A stretch of 54,104 nucleotides of DNA from a virus (IMGVR_UViG_3300025168_000116:1-54104); one strand, 5' to 3'; shown: positions 46,472-54,104, numbered from the stretch's first letter. Made by a program: numbers and translations. The notes: a model not told the origin generated them from the letters alone.

Positions 46472-47156
46472 GATATCAGACACTAGTAAGTATCCAGTAG
46501 TAACACCTGCTGGAACAGACATAGTAATAGGTACTGATGTGGGGTCTAGTAATGCTACTAAGAACTTTACTATAGCAAGTATAAACGCACTAAATAATAC
46601 TTACGCACTAACTAACCCTTCTGGAGGTATATTACAGTTATCTGATGGAGTAGACACTTCTTCAGTTACACTAAGTAGTACAACTGGACTAGATATAACA
46701 AGTGCTGCTGCAAATACCATACGGATTAACTTAAGTACTCCTGTTGCTGTAGCTAATGGAGGTACAGGTTTAACTGCTGCTGGCAATAGAAGACAGGTGG
46801 TAACTTCTACTGGAACTGTCTTAGCTATGAAGAATAAGTTTGGTCCTGTATTATCAGAAGTAACATCTGTGACTGGAACGTATACTTGGAATTTTGATCT
46901 TGGAGATACCCTGTCTATTACACTAACAAATGGAGTAGCTACCACACTAGCAATAACTAATGTAGTTGACGGTGATGAAGGCACAGTATTAGTTACTGGA
47001 GCTGGAGGAGGTATTACACTACCTGATCCTGGAAGTAAGATTAAAGGATCATCATACTCTTCATCAAATGGTAAAGTAGACCTACTTAAATTTAAGTATA
47101 TAGGTAGTACATTTTACTGGGTAGCCACTGAAACTTTGGTAACATACTCACCTTAA
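46464..47156 (+). CDS. Short tail-fibre-like virion protein
   Basis: N-terminal anchor pattern D.VIGTD...TKNFTI, fibre motif PVAVANGGTGLT and a beta-rich C-terminus. Confidence 0.65.
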   Translation: MGKISDTSKYPVVTPAGTDIVIGTDVGSSNATKNFTIASINALNNTYALTNPSGGILQLSDGVDTSSVTLSSTTGLDITSAAANTIRINLSTPVAVANGGTGLTAAGNRRQVVTSTGTVLAMKNKFGPVLSEVTSVTGTYTWNFDLGDTLSITLTNGVATTLAITNVVDGDEGTVLVTGAGGGITLPDPGSKIKGSSYSSSNGKVDLLKFKYIGSTFYWVATETLVTYSP

Positions 47157-47179
47157 TTCTACTTAAAAAATATGAAACG

Positions 47180-47201
47180 AGGGGCTTGCGCCCCTTTTTT
47201 T
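47180..47201 (+). terminator. Intrinsic terminator
   Basis: AGGGGC-ttgc-GCCCCT followed by a T run. Confidence 0.85.
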
Positions 47202-47210
47202 GTGGCTAAA

Positions 47211-47459
47211 CTTGTCATGCAATAAACGGTATTAAACGTTTTAAAACGGATAATTGGGCTGTTTTATGACAAGATTAGGGTGTTTATGACAAGAAATGAC
47301 AACTTTAAAAAAAGCTGTCACGCTGTAACTTGTTGATAATCAGTAAGTTAATGGTGATATTCCTAGAATGACAACTTTTCTCTACGTATATAAGAAAAAA
47401 AAATATATATACATTAAATAGTATAGAGTAATAGGAGGTGTTTTCTTTGGAATCGTCAT
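47211..47459. repeat. Origin-like element copy B (TGACAA iterons, palindromic IHF sites, AT-rich core)
   Basis: ATGACAA at 47266, 47286, 47296 and 47368, with inverted copies near 47212, 47316 and 47453. TAACTTGTTGATAATCAGTAAGTTA lies at 47326-47350. Confidence 0.65.
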
Positions 47460-47507
47460 GGAAGATAATTAAGAGAATTATTACTAGTGGTTTATAAAAA
47501 ACATTTA

Positions 47508-47552
47508 TATATTTGCTTTATATATTTGCTGTGGTTTAAAAAGTATATTTGC
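47508..47552 (+). promoter_or_regulatory. Three tandem TATATTTGC -7 elements upstream of groEL
   Basis: Exact copies at 47508, 47521 and 47544. Confidence 0.65.
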
Positions 47553-47586
47553 AAATGTATAATGGTATAATTAAATTAAATTTATT

Positions 47587-49164
47587 ATGATAGTAAAACA
47601 AGTAAGCTTTGATAAAGAGGCTAGGGAAGATCTTATCAATGGTATTAATACACTAGCCAATGCAGTGAAGAGCACATTAGGTGCGAGAGGTCAGACTGTG
47701 TTAATAGAATCAGAGAATCATACAAAAGGGATTACAGTTACCAAGGATGGTGTAACAGTGGCTAGGAGTATTAACTTACTACACCCTACACAAAACCTAG
47801 CGGTGACTATGATGAAAGAGGCGGCTAGTAATACCGCAGTGGCAGCAGGCGATGGTACTACAACAGCAATAGTAATTACACAAGCTATAGTGCTAGAGGC
47901 ACAGAAAAGAATTAAACCACACATGAACTTAACAGAAATCATTAGGTCTATACAGTCTAGTTCTGAGTGGGTGGTAGAAAAGTTAAGTAAAAAGGCTAGA
48001 AAGATTAGTGGTAAGAAGTTGATTGATGTAGCTACAATATCAGCTAACAATGATAAGGTGCTAGGTGAGATTATAGCTAATGCTTATAAGGCAGTTGGAG
48101 AGAATGGAGTAGTTACTGTAGAGAATGCAAGTGGTAGTGAAACGTATTCTAATATTATTGATGGGATGAAGATTGATAGAGGAATGTCTTCTAAGTATTT
48201 TATTACGGATCAAAAGAAAGGAGAATGTGTACTAGAGAATCCTTACGTGATGGTAATAGACCAAGAGATATCTTCGTTAACAAGTATTGAACATGTTTTA
48301 GCTCCAGTCATACAAAGTGGTAAGCCGCTATTGATTATCGGAACGCTAACACCAGCGGCATTAAATACATTAAACCTTAATGTAGTTAAGGGTAATATCA
48401 AGGCGTGTGCAATCATACCACCACAGTTTGGATATAAGAGTGATGACTTAATGAGTGATATAGCTTACGCTACAGGAGCTAAATATTTTTCTGAGACCAC
48501 AGGTGATAATTTAGAATTAATGCAGATAGGGGACTTAGGAAGGTGTAAGAAAGCTATTATTGATAGGGGTAGTACAGTTCTGATTAAAAATGATGAGCAA
48601 TCTATAGACCAAAGAGTAGCTGAGCTATGGGATGAGTACAATACTGAGAAGCATGAGTCAGAGAAAGAGTTTATAAAGGAGCGTATTGCTATTATGTCTG
48701 GTGGAGTAGCGGTCATTAATGTGGGTGCAAACAGTGATATAGAGCAAAAGGAAAAGAGAGATAGGGTAGATGATGCAGTATGTGCTACTAGAGCAGCATT
48801 AGAAGAGGGAATATTACCTGGAGGAGGTATAGCTCTATTGGATACTTCTAAGGAACTATTAGAACGTGGAGACGGTGAGACTATGCTTGTAGCTAATGCA
48901 ATCCTCTCAGAGGCTTTAAAAGCACCATTTAAGCAGATATTAACCAATGCAGGGATTGATTCTAAGGAAATAGAACCTAATTTAGACCCAGGCATAGGAT
49001 ATGATGTTAAGAATGACAAGTATGGAAATATGATTAAGATGGGTATAATAGACCCAATGAAGGTTACTAAGAATGCACTAGAGAATGCGGTATCTGTAGC
49101 GACAACCATATTAAGTACAAATGCAATAATAACAAACGTAAGAGACTATGAAAGCGATAGGTAA
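47587..49164 (+). CDS. groL: Chaperonin GroEL
   Basis: LANAVKSTLG, TKDGVTVA, AGDGTTTA, ATISANND, EEGILPGGG and GIIDPxKV. It has no GGM tail. Confidence 0.97.
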   Translation: MIVKQVSFDKEAREDLINGINTLANAVKSTLGARGQTVLIESENHTKGITVTKDGVTVARSINLLHPTQNLAVTMMKEAASNTAVAAGDGTTTAIVITQAIVLEAQKRIKPHMNLTEIIRSIQSSSEWVVEKLSKKARKISGKKLIDVATISANNDKVLGEIIANAYKAVGENGVVTVENASGSETYSNIIDGMKIDRGMSSKYFITDQKKGECVLENPYVMVIDQEISSLTSIEHVLAPVIQSGKPLLIIGTLTPAALNTLNLNVVKGNIKACAIIPPQFGYKSDDLMSDIAYATGAKYFSETTGDNLELMQIGDLGRCKKAIIDRGSTVLIKNDEQSIDQRVAELWDEYNTEKHESEKEFIKERIAIMSGGVAVINVGANSDIEQKEKRDRVDDAVCATRAALEEGILPGGGIALLDTSKELLERGDGETMLVANAILSEALKAPFKQILTNAGIDSKEIEPNLDPGIGYDVKNDKYGNMIKMGIIDPMKVTKNALENAVSVATTILSTNAIITNVRDYESDR

Positions 49165-49405
49165 ATATATAATTGTTGAGGCGATCAACGAAGAAGTAAA
49201 AACAAGCAGTGGTCTTTTAATGAGTGGCGAAGAAGTAAATAAGCTTCGATACAAGAAGAGCAAGGTAATTTCTGTAGGCACTGATGTGAATGGTATAGAA
49301 GATAACAATGTAATCTACCATGACGCTAGATCAGGGCATCAAATGAAGATTGATAACAAGACGTATGGTGTTATTATGGAGAGAGATGTAGTGATCTGTA
49401 TGTAA
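49148..49405 (+). CDS. groS: Co-chaperonin GroES
   Basis: KTSSGLL mobile loop, VISVG and IMERDV. It overlaps the groEL end. Confidence 0.9.
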   Translation: MKAIGKYIIVEAINEEVKTSSGLLMSGEEVNKLRYKKSKVISVGTDVNGIEDNNVIYHDARSGHQMKIDNKTYGVIMERDVVICM

Positions 49406-49430
49406 TATTTTTCGTAACTTTGCTGACTAT

Positions 49431-49586
49431 ATGGCGACAAAAGGTAGAACAAAGAAAAATAGTATATGTCCATCTGGTATAGCTTGGGCTAAAAGAACAT
49501 TCGATACTTACCCTGGTGCATATGCTAATATGGCAGCTAGTAAGTACTGTAAAGACCCTAACTATGCTAAGAAGTCTAAAAAGTAA
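49431..49586 (+). CDS. Small basic Cys-containing protein (51 aa, not in ORF track)
   Basis: MATKGRTKKNSICPSGIAWAKRTFDTYPGAYANMAASKYCKDPNYAKKSKK, after TAACTTTG at 49415-49422. Confidence 0.7.
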   Translation: MATKGRTKKNSICPSGIAWAKRTFDTYPGAYANMAASKYCKDPNYAKKSKK

Positions 49587-49864
49587 TGGGTTTAAGTAGA
49601 TCAGCAAAATATTATAGAAAAAACGCTAAGGCTCGTAAGAAAAAAAACGCTTATCAGAAAATATTTAATAGCAAGAAAAGTGAGATTGAAAAAAGGGTAT
49701 TGCTAAATAAATTAAATAGACAGTTTGGAACTTATGGGAATGGGGACAATAAAGACGTGTCTCATAAAACAGGTGAGAAACCAACTCTTGTAAAACAATC
49801 AATCAACAGAGGAGATAATAATAACACACCTGGAGATAAAAGATCTAGGAGTAAAAAACGATAA
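49586..49864 (+). CDS. Basic protein, degenerate HNH-like
   Basis: GDNKDVSHK...SINR pattern. Confidence 0.6.
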   Translation: MGLSRSAKYYRKNAKARKKKNAYQKIFNSKKSEIEKRVLLNKLNRQFGTYGNGDNKDVSHKTGEKPTLVKQSINRGDNNNTPGDKRSRSKKR

Positions 49865-49866
49865 TT

Positions 49867-49998
49867 ATGGCTAAGAAATTTAAACCACATATGATGTATA
49901 AAGCTTGTAAAGGTAAGATGGCTTTTAAACTAGAAGATCATAACAAGCTAAAAGAAAAAGGTTACGGTCATGAAAAAGATAAATCTTGTAAAAAATAA
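49867..49998 (+). CDS. Small basic protein (43 aa, not in ORF track)
   Basis: MAKKFKPHMMYKACKGKMAFKLEDHNKLKEKGYGHEKDKSCKK. Confidence 0.65.
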   Translation: MAKKFKPHMMYKACKGKMAFKLEDHNKLKEKGYGHEKDKSCKK

Positions 49999-50004
49999 AT
50001 AATT

Positions 50005-50178
50005 ATGCCAACAGTAAAATACACATGCCCAGATTCAGGGAAGTCAATGTCAAAGACGTTTCCTTATAACGCAATGGGAAAAGCACAATCAGATTCATTT
50101 GCTAAACTTATGAATGGGTCAAAGAAAAACAATCCTAATTACGGAATGGAAAAGAAAACTAGTTCATCAGGATATTAA
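50005..50178 (+). CDS. Small basic protein (57 aa, not in ORF track)
   Basis: MPTVKYTCPDSGKSMSKTFPYNAMGKAQ..., TAATG-coupled to the next gene. Confidence 0.65.
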   Translation: MPTVKYTCPDSGKSMSKTFPYNAMGKAQSDSFAKLMNGSKKNNPNYGMEKKTSSSGY

Positions 50179-50411
50179 TGGGTGATTTAGCTAAATGGAG
50201 AAAACAGAAGTGGGTTCGTATTGGTACAGACGGTTCTATATTAGGGGCGTGTGGTACTAGTAAGAATACTAAGAATCCAGATAGGTGTTTACCTCTAGCA
50301 AAAGCTAATAGTTTAACTAAAGCTGAAAGAGCTGCAACTGCTAAGAAAAAGAAGAGAAGTAAAAAAACGGTTGTTCCCAATACTAAGAAAGCAAGAGTTA
50401 GAAACACATGA
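50178..50411 (+). CDS. Small basic protein (DUF5872-like motif)
   Basis: L.KW..QKWV.I...CG...RCLP pattern. Confidence 0.65.
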   Translation: MGDLAKWRKQKWVRIGTDGSILGACGTSKNTKNPDRCLPLAKANSLTKAERAATAKKKKRSKKTVVPNTKKARVRNT

Positions 50412-50776
50412 TTAAGCGATTAATTAATATATGGGAGCACAGCGACTCACAGCCCACAGAGATTACTTTAGGCATATGTAACTTTATATTAACCCCACTA
50501 GCTACTATAATTGAGTTAGGTTTTATGCCTGTATTTAATGTGTTATTAGTGCTAGTTGGAGTATTTCAATTATTTGCCGTAGCAAATGGTTGTATAAACT
50601 ACAGGGTAAAAGCAGCTTTTCTTTCTTTTTCGTTATTTATTATAACTTTGTCACTATACATAATTTGTTGCGGATTAAAAGACGCTTCTCATTATGGTTG
50701 GGTAGTACTAGTAATTAGCTCGTTTGGTAGCTTAAGAAGATTAAAAAAGGAACAGCTACATGGACAGCGTAACTGA
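50408..50776 (+). CDS. Four-TM membrane protein
   Basis: Four hydrophobic segments in 122 aa. Confidence 0.7.
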   Translation: MIKRLINIWEHSDSQPTEITLGICNFILTPLATIIELGFMPVFNVLLVLVGVFQLFAVANGCINYRVKAAFLSFSLFIITLSLYIICCGLKDASHYGWVVLVISSFGSLRRLKKEQLHGQRN

Positions 50777-51071
50777 AATAATTACAATAGCAGCAGGTGC
50801 ATTAGGTACGGCTGGAATATGGAAGTTTGCTGAGGCTAGAATGAAAATAAAAGCAGAACAAAGAAAAGACGAAACAGTAAATAGTGATGGCATTCAATAC
50901 CGAGATGACTTGAAAAAAAGAGTAACTAAATTAGAGGAGTTACTAAGTGAGTCTTCTAAAGAGAAAGATGAATTAAGATCATTAGTGTTAAAACTAACTG
51001 AAGAGGTGTCAGCACTACGAACTAAGGTAGAGTTTTTAGAAAAAGAAAACGAAAGATTAAAAATGAGGTAA
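50760..51071 (+). CDS. Membrane-anchored coiled-coil protein
   Basis: Same architecture as 1203-1451 (ALG...IW plus heptads). Confidence 0.7.
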   Translation: MDSVTEIITIAAGALGTAGIWKFAEARMKIKAEQRKDETVNSDGIQYRDDLKKRVTKLEELLSESSKEKDELRSLVLKLTEEVSALRTKVEFLEKENERLKMR

Positions 51072-51361
51072 TGGCTAACAAAAGCAAAATGAAATGTAAT
51101 AGGGTTACTGCTTCTGACAGAGCTGGCAAGAAGAAGATGGTAAAGGCTTGTTCTGGTGGTAATGAGAAGTTAATTCATTTTGGTGCTAAGGGATACGGTC
51201 ATAACTACAGTTCTGCTGCTAGAAAAAGTTTTAGAGCTAGACACAAATGCAGTTCAGCTAATGATAAGATGACAGCTAGATACTGGTCTTGTAAACATTT
51301 ATGGGCTGGCAAAGGGGGATCAACTAAAAGCTCTCCTAAAAGTAAAAGAGGAAAATACTAA
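51071..51361 (+). CDS. Small basic protein (DUF5754-like motif)
   Basis: KLIHFGAKGY...RKSFRARHKC...ARYWSCKHLW. Confidence 0.7.
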   Translation: MANKSKMKCNRVTASDRAGKKKMVKACSGGNEKLIHFGAKGYGHNYSSAARKSFRARHKCSSANDKMTARYWSCKHLWAGKGGSTKSSPKSKRGKY

Positions 51362-51363
51362 TT

Positions 51364-51492
51364 ATGCCATTTACAAAAATGACAACAGGTAGATGTAAGG
51401 GCAAATATAAAAGTCCAAGTGGAAAATGTTTTACTAAGAAGCAGGTAAAATTTTATTATGCTACTGACGGAACGTTTAAAAAAAATAATTAA
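51364..51492 (+). CDS. Small basic protein (42 aa, not in ORF track)
   Basis: MPFTKMTTGRCKGKYKSPSGKCFTKKQVKFYYATDGTFKKNN. Confidence 0.65.
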   Translation: MPFTKMTTGRCKGKYKSPSGKCFTKKQVKFYYATDGTFKKNN

Positions 51493-51510
51493 ATTTGTAA
51501 AAAATATATT

Positions 51511-51726
51511 ATGGCATATAGAGTATCAAAACCATTAGCAGACACGCAAGAACAAAACGGTCCTATAAAAGATTTTTTTGACAAAAGAAGACAGAAAAGT
51601 AGCGCTAAGAGATCTAAAAGAAAAACAGAGTCTTATGACAAGGCGGCTAGTAGGAGAGGTCTTAAATTATTTGGAGCCTCAGTAGTGTTTGTTGCTGATC
51701 AAATAAGAAGAAGACTTAACGGTTAA
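51511..51726 (+). CDS. Small basic hypothetical protein
   Basis: 71 aa after TAAATTTG at 51490-51497. Confidence 0.55.
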   Translation: MAYRVSKPLADTQEQNGPIKDFFDKRRQKSSAKRSKRKTESYDKAASRRGLKLFGASVVFVADQIRRRLNG

Positions 51727-51727
51727 A

Positions 51728-52198
51728 TTAATCCTCATCAACCTCTTTGTTGAATTTTTGTATTGCTGTCTGATATATTTTATCTGTTGAGTTTCTCTTT
51801 TTAAATATTGGATTATTCCTAGGTTCTTCAGATATTTTTTCCTGACCGTTTAGTTTTTTGTATAATGAATCTACAAAACGTCTAGTCTTGTAGGTAACTT
51901 CATATAATGCTTTTTGATTAGGGCCATTATTTCTCCACTTGTGTAACCATCCATTTTTTAGAAGCTTACCAAAACGCTCCTTATCCCAAGACATAAGCTT
52001 ACCAAAATTCATGCAATCTTCTCTAGTAAATAACTTCTCCCCATAGAGGTATAGCAGCATATCTAATTCTGCGGTAGTAAGATCATGTTTAGCCTTAGCC
52101 CAGTAGCGAACTATTCGCCAATTTTTAAGATAATGTTTTTGTGGGTCGGCTCTCTCATAGATCTTGTACCTTTTGCGGTACATTATAAAGTGATTCAT
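51728..52198 (-). CDS. Winged-HTH (MarR-like) protein
   Basis: DLTTAELDMLLYLY...LLKNGWL...LYEVT. It is the lone minus-strand gene in the late arm. Confidence 0.6.
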   Translation of the reverse strand: MNHFIMYRKRYKIYERADPQKHYLKNWRIVRYWAKAKHDLTTAELDMLLYLYGEKLFTREDCMNFGKLMSWDKERFGKLLKNGWLHKWRNNGPNQKALYEVTYKTRRFVDSLYKKLNGQEKISEEPRNNPIFKKRNSTDKIYQTAIQKFNKEVDED

Positions 52199-52203
52199 AA
52201 ATG

Positions 52204-52232
52204 TAAAGATAGAAATTTTATTATTATCTTTG
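52204..52232. promoter_or_regulatory. Back-to-back divergent -7 elements
   Basis: TATCTTTA on minus (52204-52211) and TATCTTTG on plus (52225-52232), each 4-5 nt from an ATG. Confidence 0.6.
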
Positions 52233-52236
52233 TCGT

Positions 52237-52395
52237 ATGAAAAGTAAAGGACTTGGTGATAGCGTAGAAAAATTTACACAAGCCACAGGTATTAAATCAA
52301 TCGTAGAGAAAGGTGCTGCTGCATTAGGGAAAGATTGCGGATGTAGTCAGAGAAAAAATAAGCTAAACGAGTTATTTCCTTACGGTAAAAAATAA
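52237..52395 (+). CDS. Small protein with CGC motif (52 aa, not in ORF track)
   Basis: MKSKGLGDSVEKFTQATGIK...DCGCSQRKNKLNELFPYGKK. Confidence 0.75.
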   Translation: MKSKGLGDSVEKFTQATGIKSIVEKGAAALGKDCGCSQRKNKLNELFPYGKK

Positions 52396-52400
52396 AAATT

Positions 52401-52613
52401 ATGGACAAGTATCAAGACAAAAAATCATCTATGGATGATTACTCTCACGAAAGAAAATTAAGAATAGATGGTAGGTATGAAGCTGCTCATGGTAAGATGG
52501 ATGCTGCTAAAAACGATTTCGATCATGCACACGCTTTAAAGAAAGATGCTCACTACGATGCTGAAAGCAGAGCTCAGTTCGGGGGTCATATTCATAAAAT
52601 GTTTAAAAAGTAA
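52401..52613 (+). CDS. Small His/Asp-rich protein
   Basis: 70-aa ORF in the operon. Confidence 0.65.
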   Translation: MDKYQDKKSSMDDYSHERKLRIDGRYEAAHGKMDAAKNDFDHAHALKKDAHYDAESRAQFGGHIHKMFKK

Positions 52614-52616
52614 AAA

Positions 52617-53090
52617 ATGGCGTATCAAAAATTACAAGTAAGTAGAGCTCTTCAGGTTATACCGAGTGATACAATTAATATTCCAAACGTTGCACATAGA
52701 AACGCACAAGGAACGACAGTAGGTACTGCTGATACAAACAAATTAGTTGATACTGGTGCTAAGTTTAGAGATGAAGGACTAGTAAAGAAAAACGATATTG
52801 TTTATAATACCACTGATTCAACTATAGCTAGAGTTTTAGCTGTGGAGTCTAATACTACATTGTTGCTAAGTGCAGATATATTTATTGCTGCGGAAGGTTA
52901 TCAGATATATAAAGATAACAATGACGGATGTATTCTATATGTAGGAGGGTTAGGAAATGTTGAAGTGGTTACAGTTGGTGGAGATGAGATTGTATTACCA
53001 GGAATATCTGCTGGATCTTTTTTACCGCTTCAAGTAACTAGAGTAAAAGCTAATCTAACTACAGCTACGAACATTATAGCTCTTTGGTAA
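52617..53090 (+). CDS. Head-spike base protein (RcGTA Rcc01079-like) with inserted domain
   Basis: A..V.PSDT...ILYVGGxGNV.V...GD......AG.FLPLQVTRV...TTATNIIALW pattern. Confidence 0.7.
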   Translation: MAYQKLQVSRALQVIPSDTINIPNVAHRNAQGTTVGTADTNKLVDTGAKFRDEGLVKKNDIVYNTTDSTIARVLAVESNTTLLLSADIFIAAEGYQIYKDNNDGCILYVGGLGNVEVVTVGGDEIVLPGISAGSFLPLQVTRVKANLTTATNIIALW

Positions 53091-53091
53091 T

Positions 53092-54104
53092 ATGAGCACA
53101 GGGATAGGTGTAGGTGCAAGTATGGTGTTTGCTGGAGTAAAGGCTTCACCTTCATTTGAGTATTCTGCTAGTGCATTCTGTGCTGATGCTTATCCAGATC
53201 CAGTTCCAACAATTAACGGAACTCCTGGAGGTACTTTTAGTGCAGCTCCTGTTGCACCTAGCACAGGAACTTTAGTAATAGACTCTTCTACTGGAAGAGT
53301 TACTTTAGCTTCTAGTGATCCAGGAAATTATTTAGTTACCTACACTGTAGGTGGTGTATCTGAAAGCGATCCCTTTGAGGTATTAGCAGTACAGACCACA
53401 GGATTTAGTTACTCGTCTAATAGCTTTTCAGATAGTGGTACAGCTAGTCCAACTATAACAGGATCAGCTGGAGGAGTATTTACTGCAACAACAGGACTTA
53501 GTATTGATGCTAATACAGGTGTAATTGATTTAGGTGCGTCTACGGTAGGTGGACCATATACGGTTACATACACTAATACTGGAGCGTGTCAAGGAACACC
53601 ATCAACATTTGACATTACCATAACTGCTACGGTAAGAATAATAGCTAACAATTTTGCTATGGAGTTTGATGGTCAAAGTTATGTATCAGCTGGTAATCCA
53701 ACTCAGCTTCAAATGACTGGTGATATTAGTGTTTCAGCTTGGTTTAAAACTAGTAATAGTGGAAGTCAAATGCATATAGTAGGAAGAGGAGCTAATTATT
53801 CAACAGCAAACTCCTCTTGGGCTTTATTTAGAAGAACTAATAATGGAATAGCGGTTCAATTAAGAGCTGGAGGAGCTTATGTGTACGCATTATCCCCTGC
53901 AACAACTTTTAACGATGGTAATTGGCATCATGCTGCTTTTACTAGAGAAGTGTCTTCAGGTAACTTAAAGCTATATATAAATGGAAGTTTAGTGGTAACA
54001 ACAACTGGAGTTACAGCCGTTTTAAACAACGAAACTAAAGATACTTTAATTGGTGCTGATACTGATCCTTCCGAGTATTTTACAGGAGATATAGACGAAG
54101 TAGC
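53092..54104 (+). CDS. Head fibre protein, N-terminal part (two Ig-like repeats + LamG), 3'-truncated; not in ORF track
   Basis: Open from ATG 53092 (MSTGIGVGASMVF) to the window end. It contains GGTF...IDSSTGRV.L.....Y.VTY twice, then FAMEFDG...SVSAWFK...WHHAAF...LYING...FTGDIDEVA. Confidence 0.8.
   Translation, partial: MSTGIGVGASMVFAGVKASPSFEYSASAFCADAYPDPVPTINGTPGGTFSAAPVAPSTGTLVIDSSTGRVTLASSDPGNYLVTYTVGGVSESDPFEVLAVQTTGFSYSSNSFSDSGTASPTITGSAGGVFTATTGLSIDANTGVIDLGASTVGGPYTVTYTNTGACQGTPSTFDITITATVRIIANNFAMEFDGQSYVSAGNPTQLQMTGDISVSAWFKTSNSGSQMHIVGRGANYSTANSSWALFRRTNNGIAVQLRAGGAYVYALSPATTFNDGNWHHAAFTREVSSGNLKLYINGSLVVTTTGVTAVLNNETKDTLIGADTDPSEYFTGDIDEV

Noticed and set aside
47718-49308. 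Antisense ORFs within groEL/groES (and similar ones inside portal, primase and the giant gene)
   Set aside because: These are shadow frames of well-supported genes on the opposite strand.
1-54104. Alternative genetic code, prophage or direct terminal repeats
   Set aside because: Genes are intact in code 11 with all three stops used, there is no integrase or host gene, and the ends do not overlap.

Overview
This window is a near-complete genome of an AT-rich tailed dsDNA phage, podovirus-like, whose host is almost certainly a Bacteroidota bacterium (probably Flavobacteriaceae). TAnnTTTG -7 promoter elements precede most transcription units and gene starts are A-rich with no Shine-Dalgarno. 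The + strand arm runs from 46.2 kb through the window end and on from 1 to 30.5 kb. It carries a short fibre, GroEL/GroES, a cluster of small basic proteins, a head-spike base and a LamG head fibre broken at the window ends. It continues with lysis genes, a tandem-domain GroES-like gene, terminase, portal, scaffold, major capsid, three paralogous decoration-like genes, tail ring and nozzle genes, and three ejection proteins. The - strand arm (30.5-45.6 kb) carries a metallophosphoesterase, VRR-NUC, SNF2-like helicase, primase-helicase, SSB, exonuclease, ERF, a DnaA-domain-IV-like HTH, a YkgJ-type protein, GIY-YIG, HNH and many small early genes. I see no DNA polymerase, RNA polymerase, integrase, reverse transcriptase, tRNA or CRISPR array. 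Three non-coding signals stand out. (1) A promoter- and terminator-bounded ~65-nt RNA in the capsid module (11.96-12.02 kb) is complementary to the start regions of early genes ~30 kb away. (2) Two copies of an iteron + IHF-site + AT-rich origin-like element lie 10.26 kb apart. (3) A structured, attenuator-like leader with a Leu/Ile micro-ORF sits at the head of the late arm. All protein calls come from motif recognition by eye, not from database searches.
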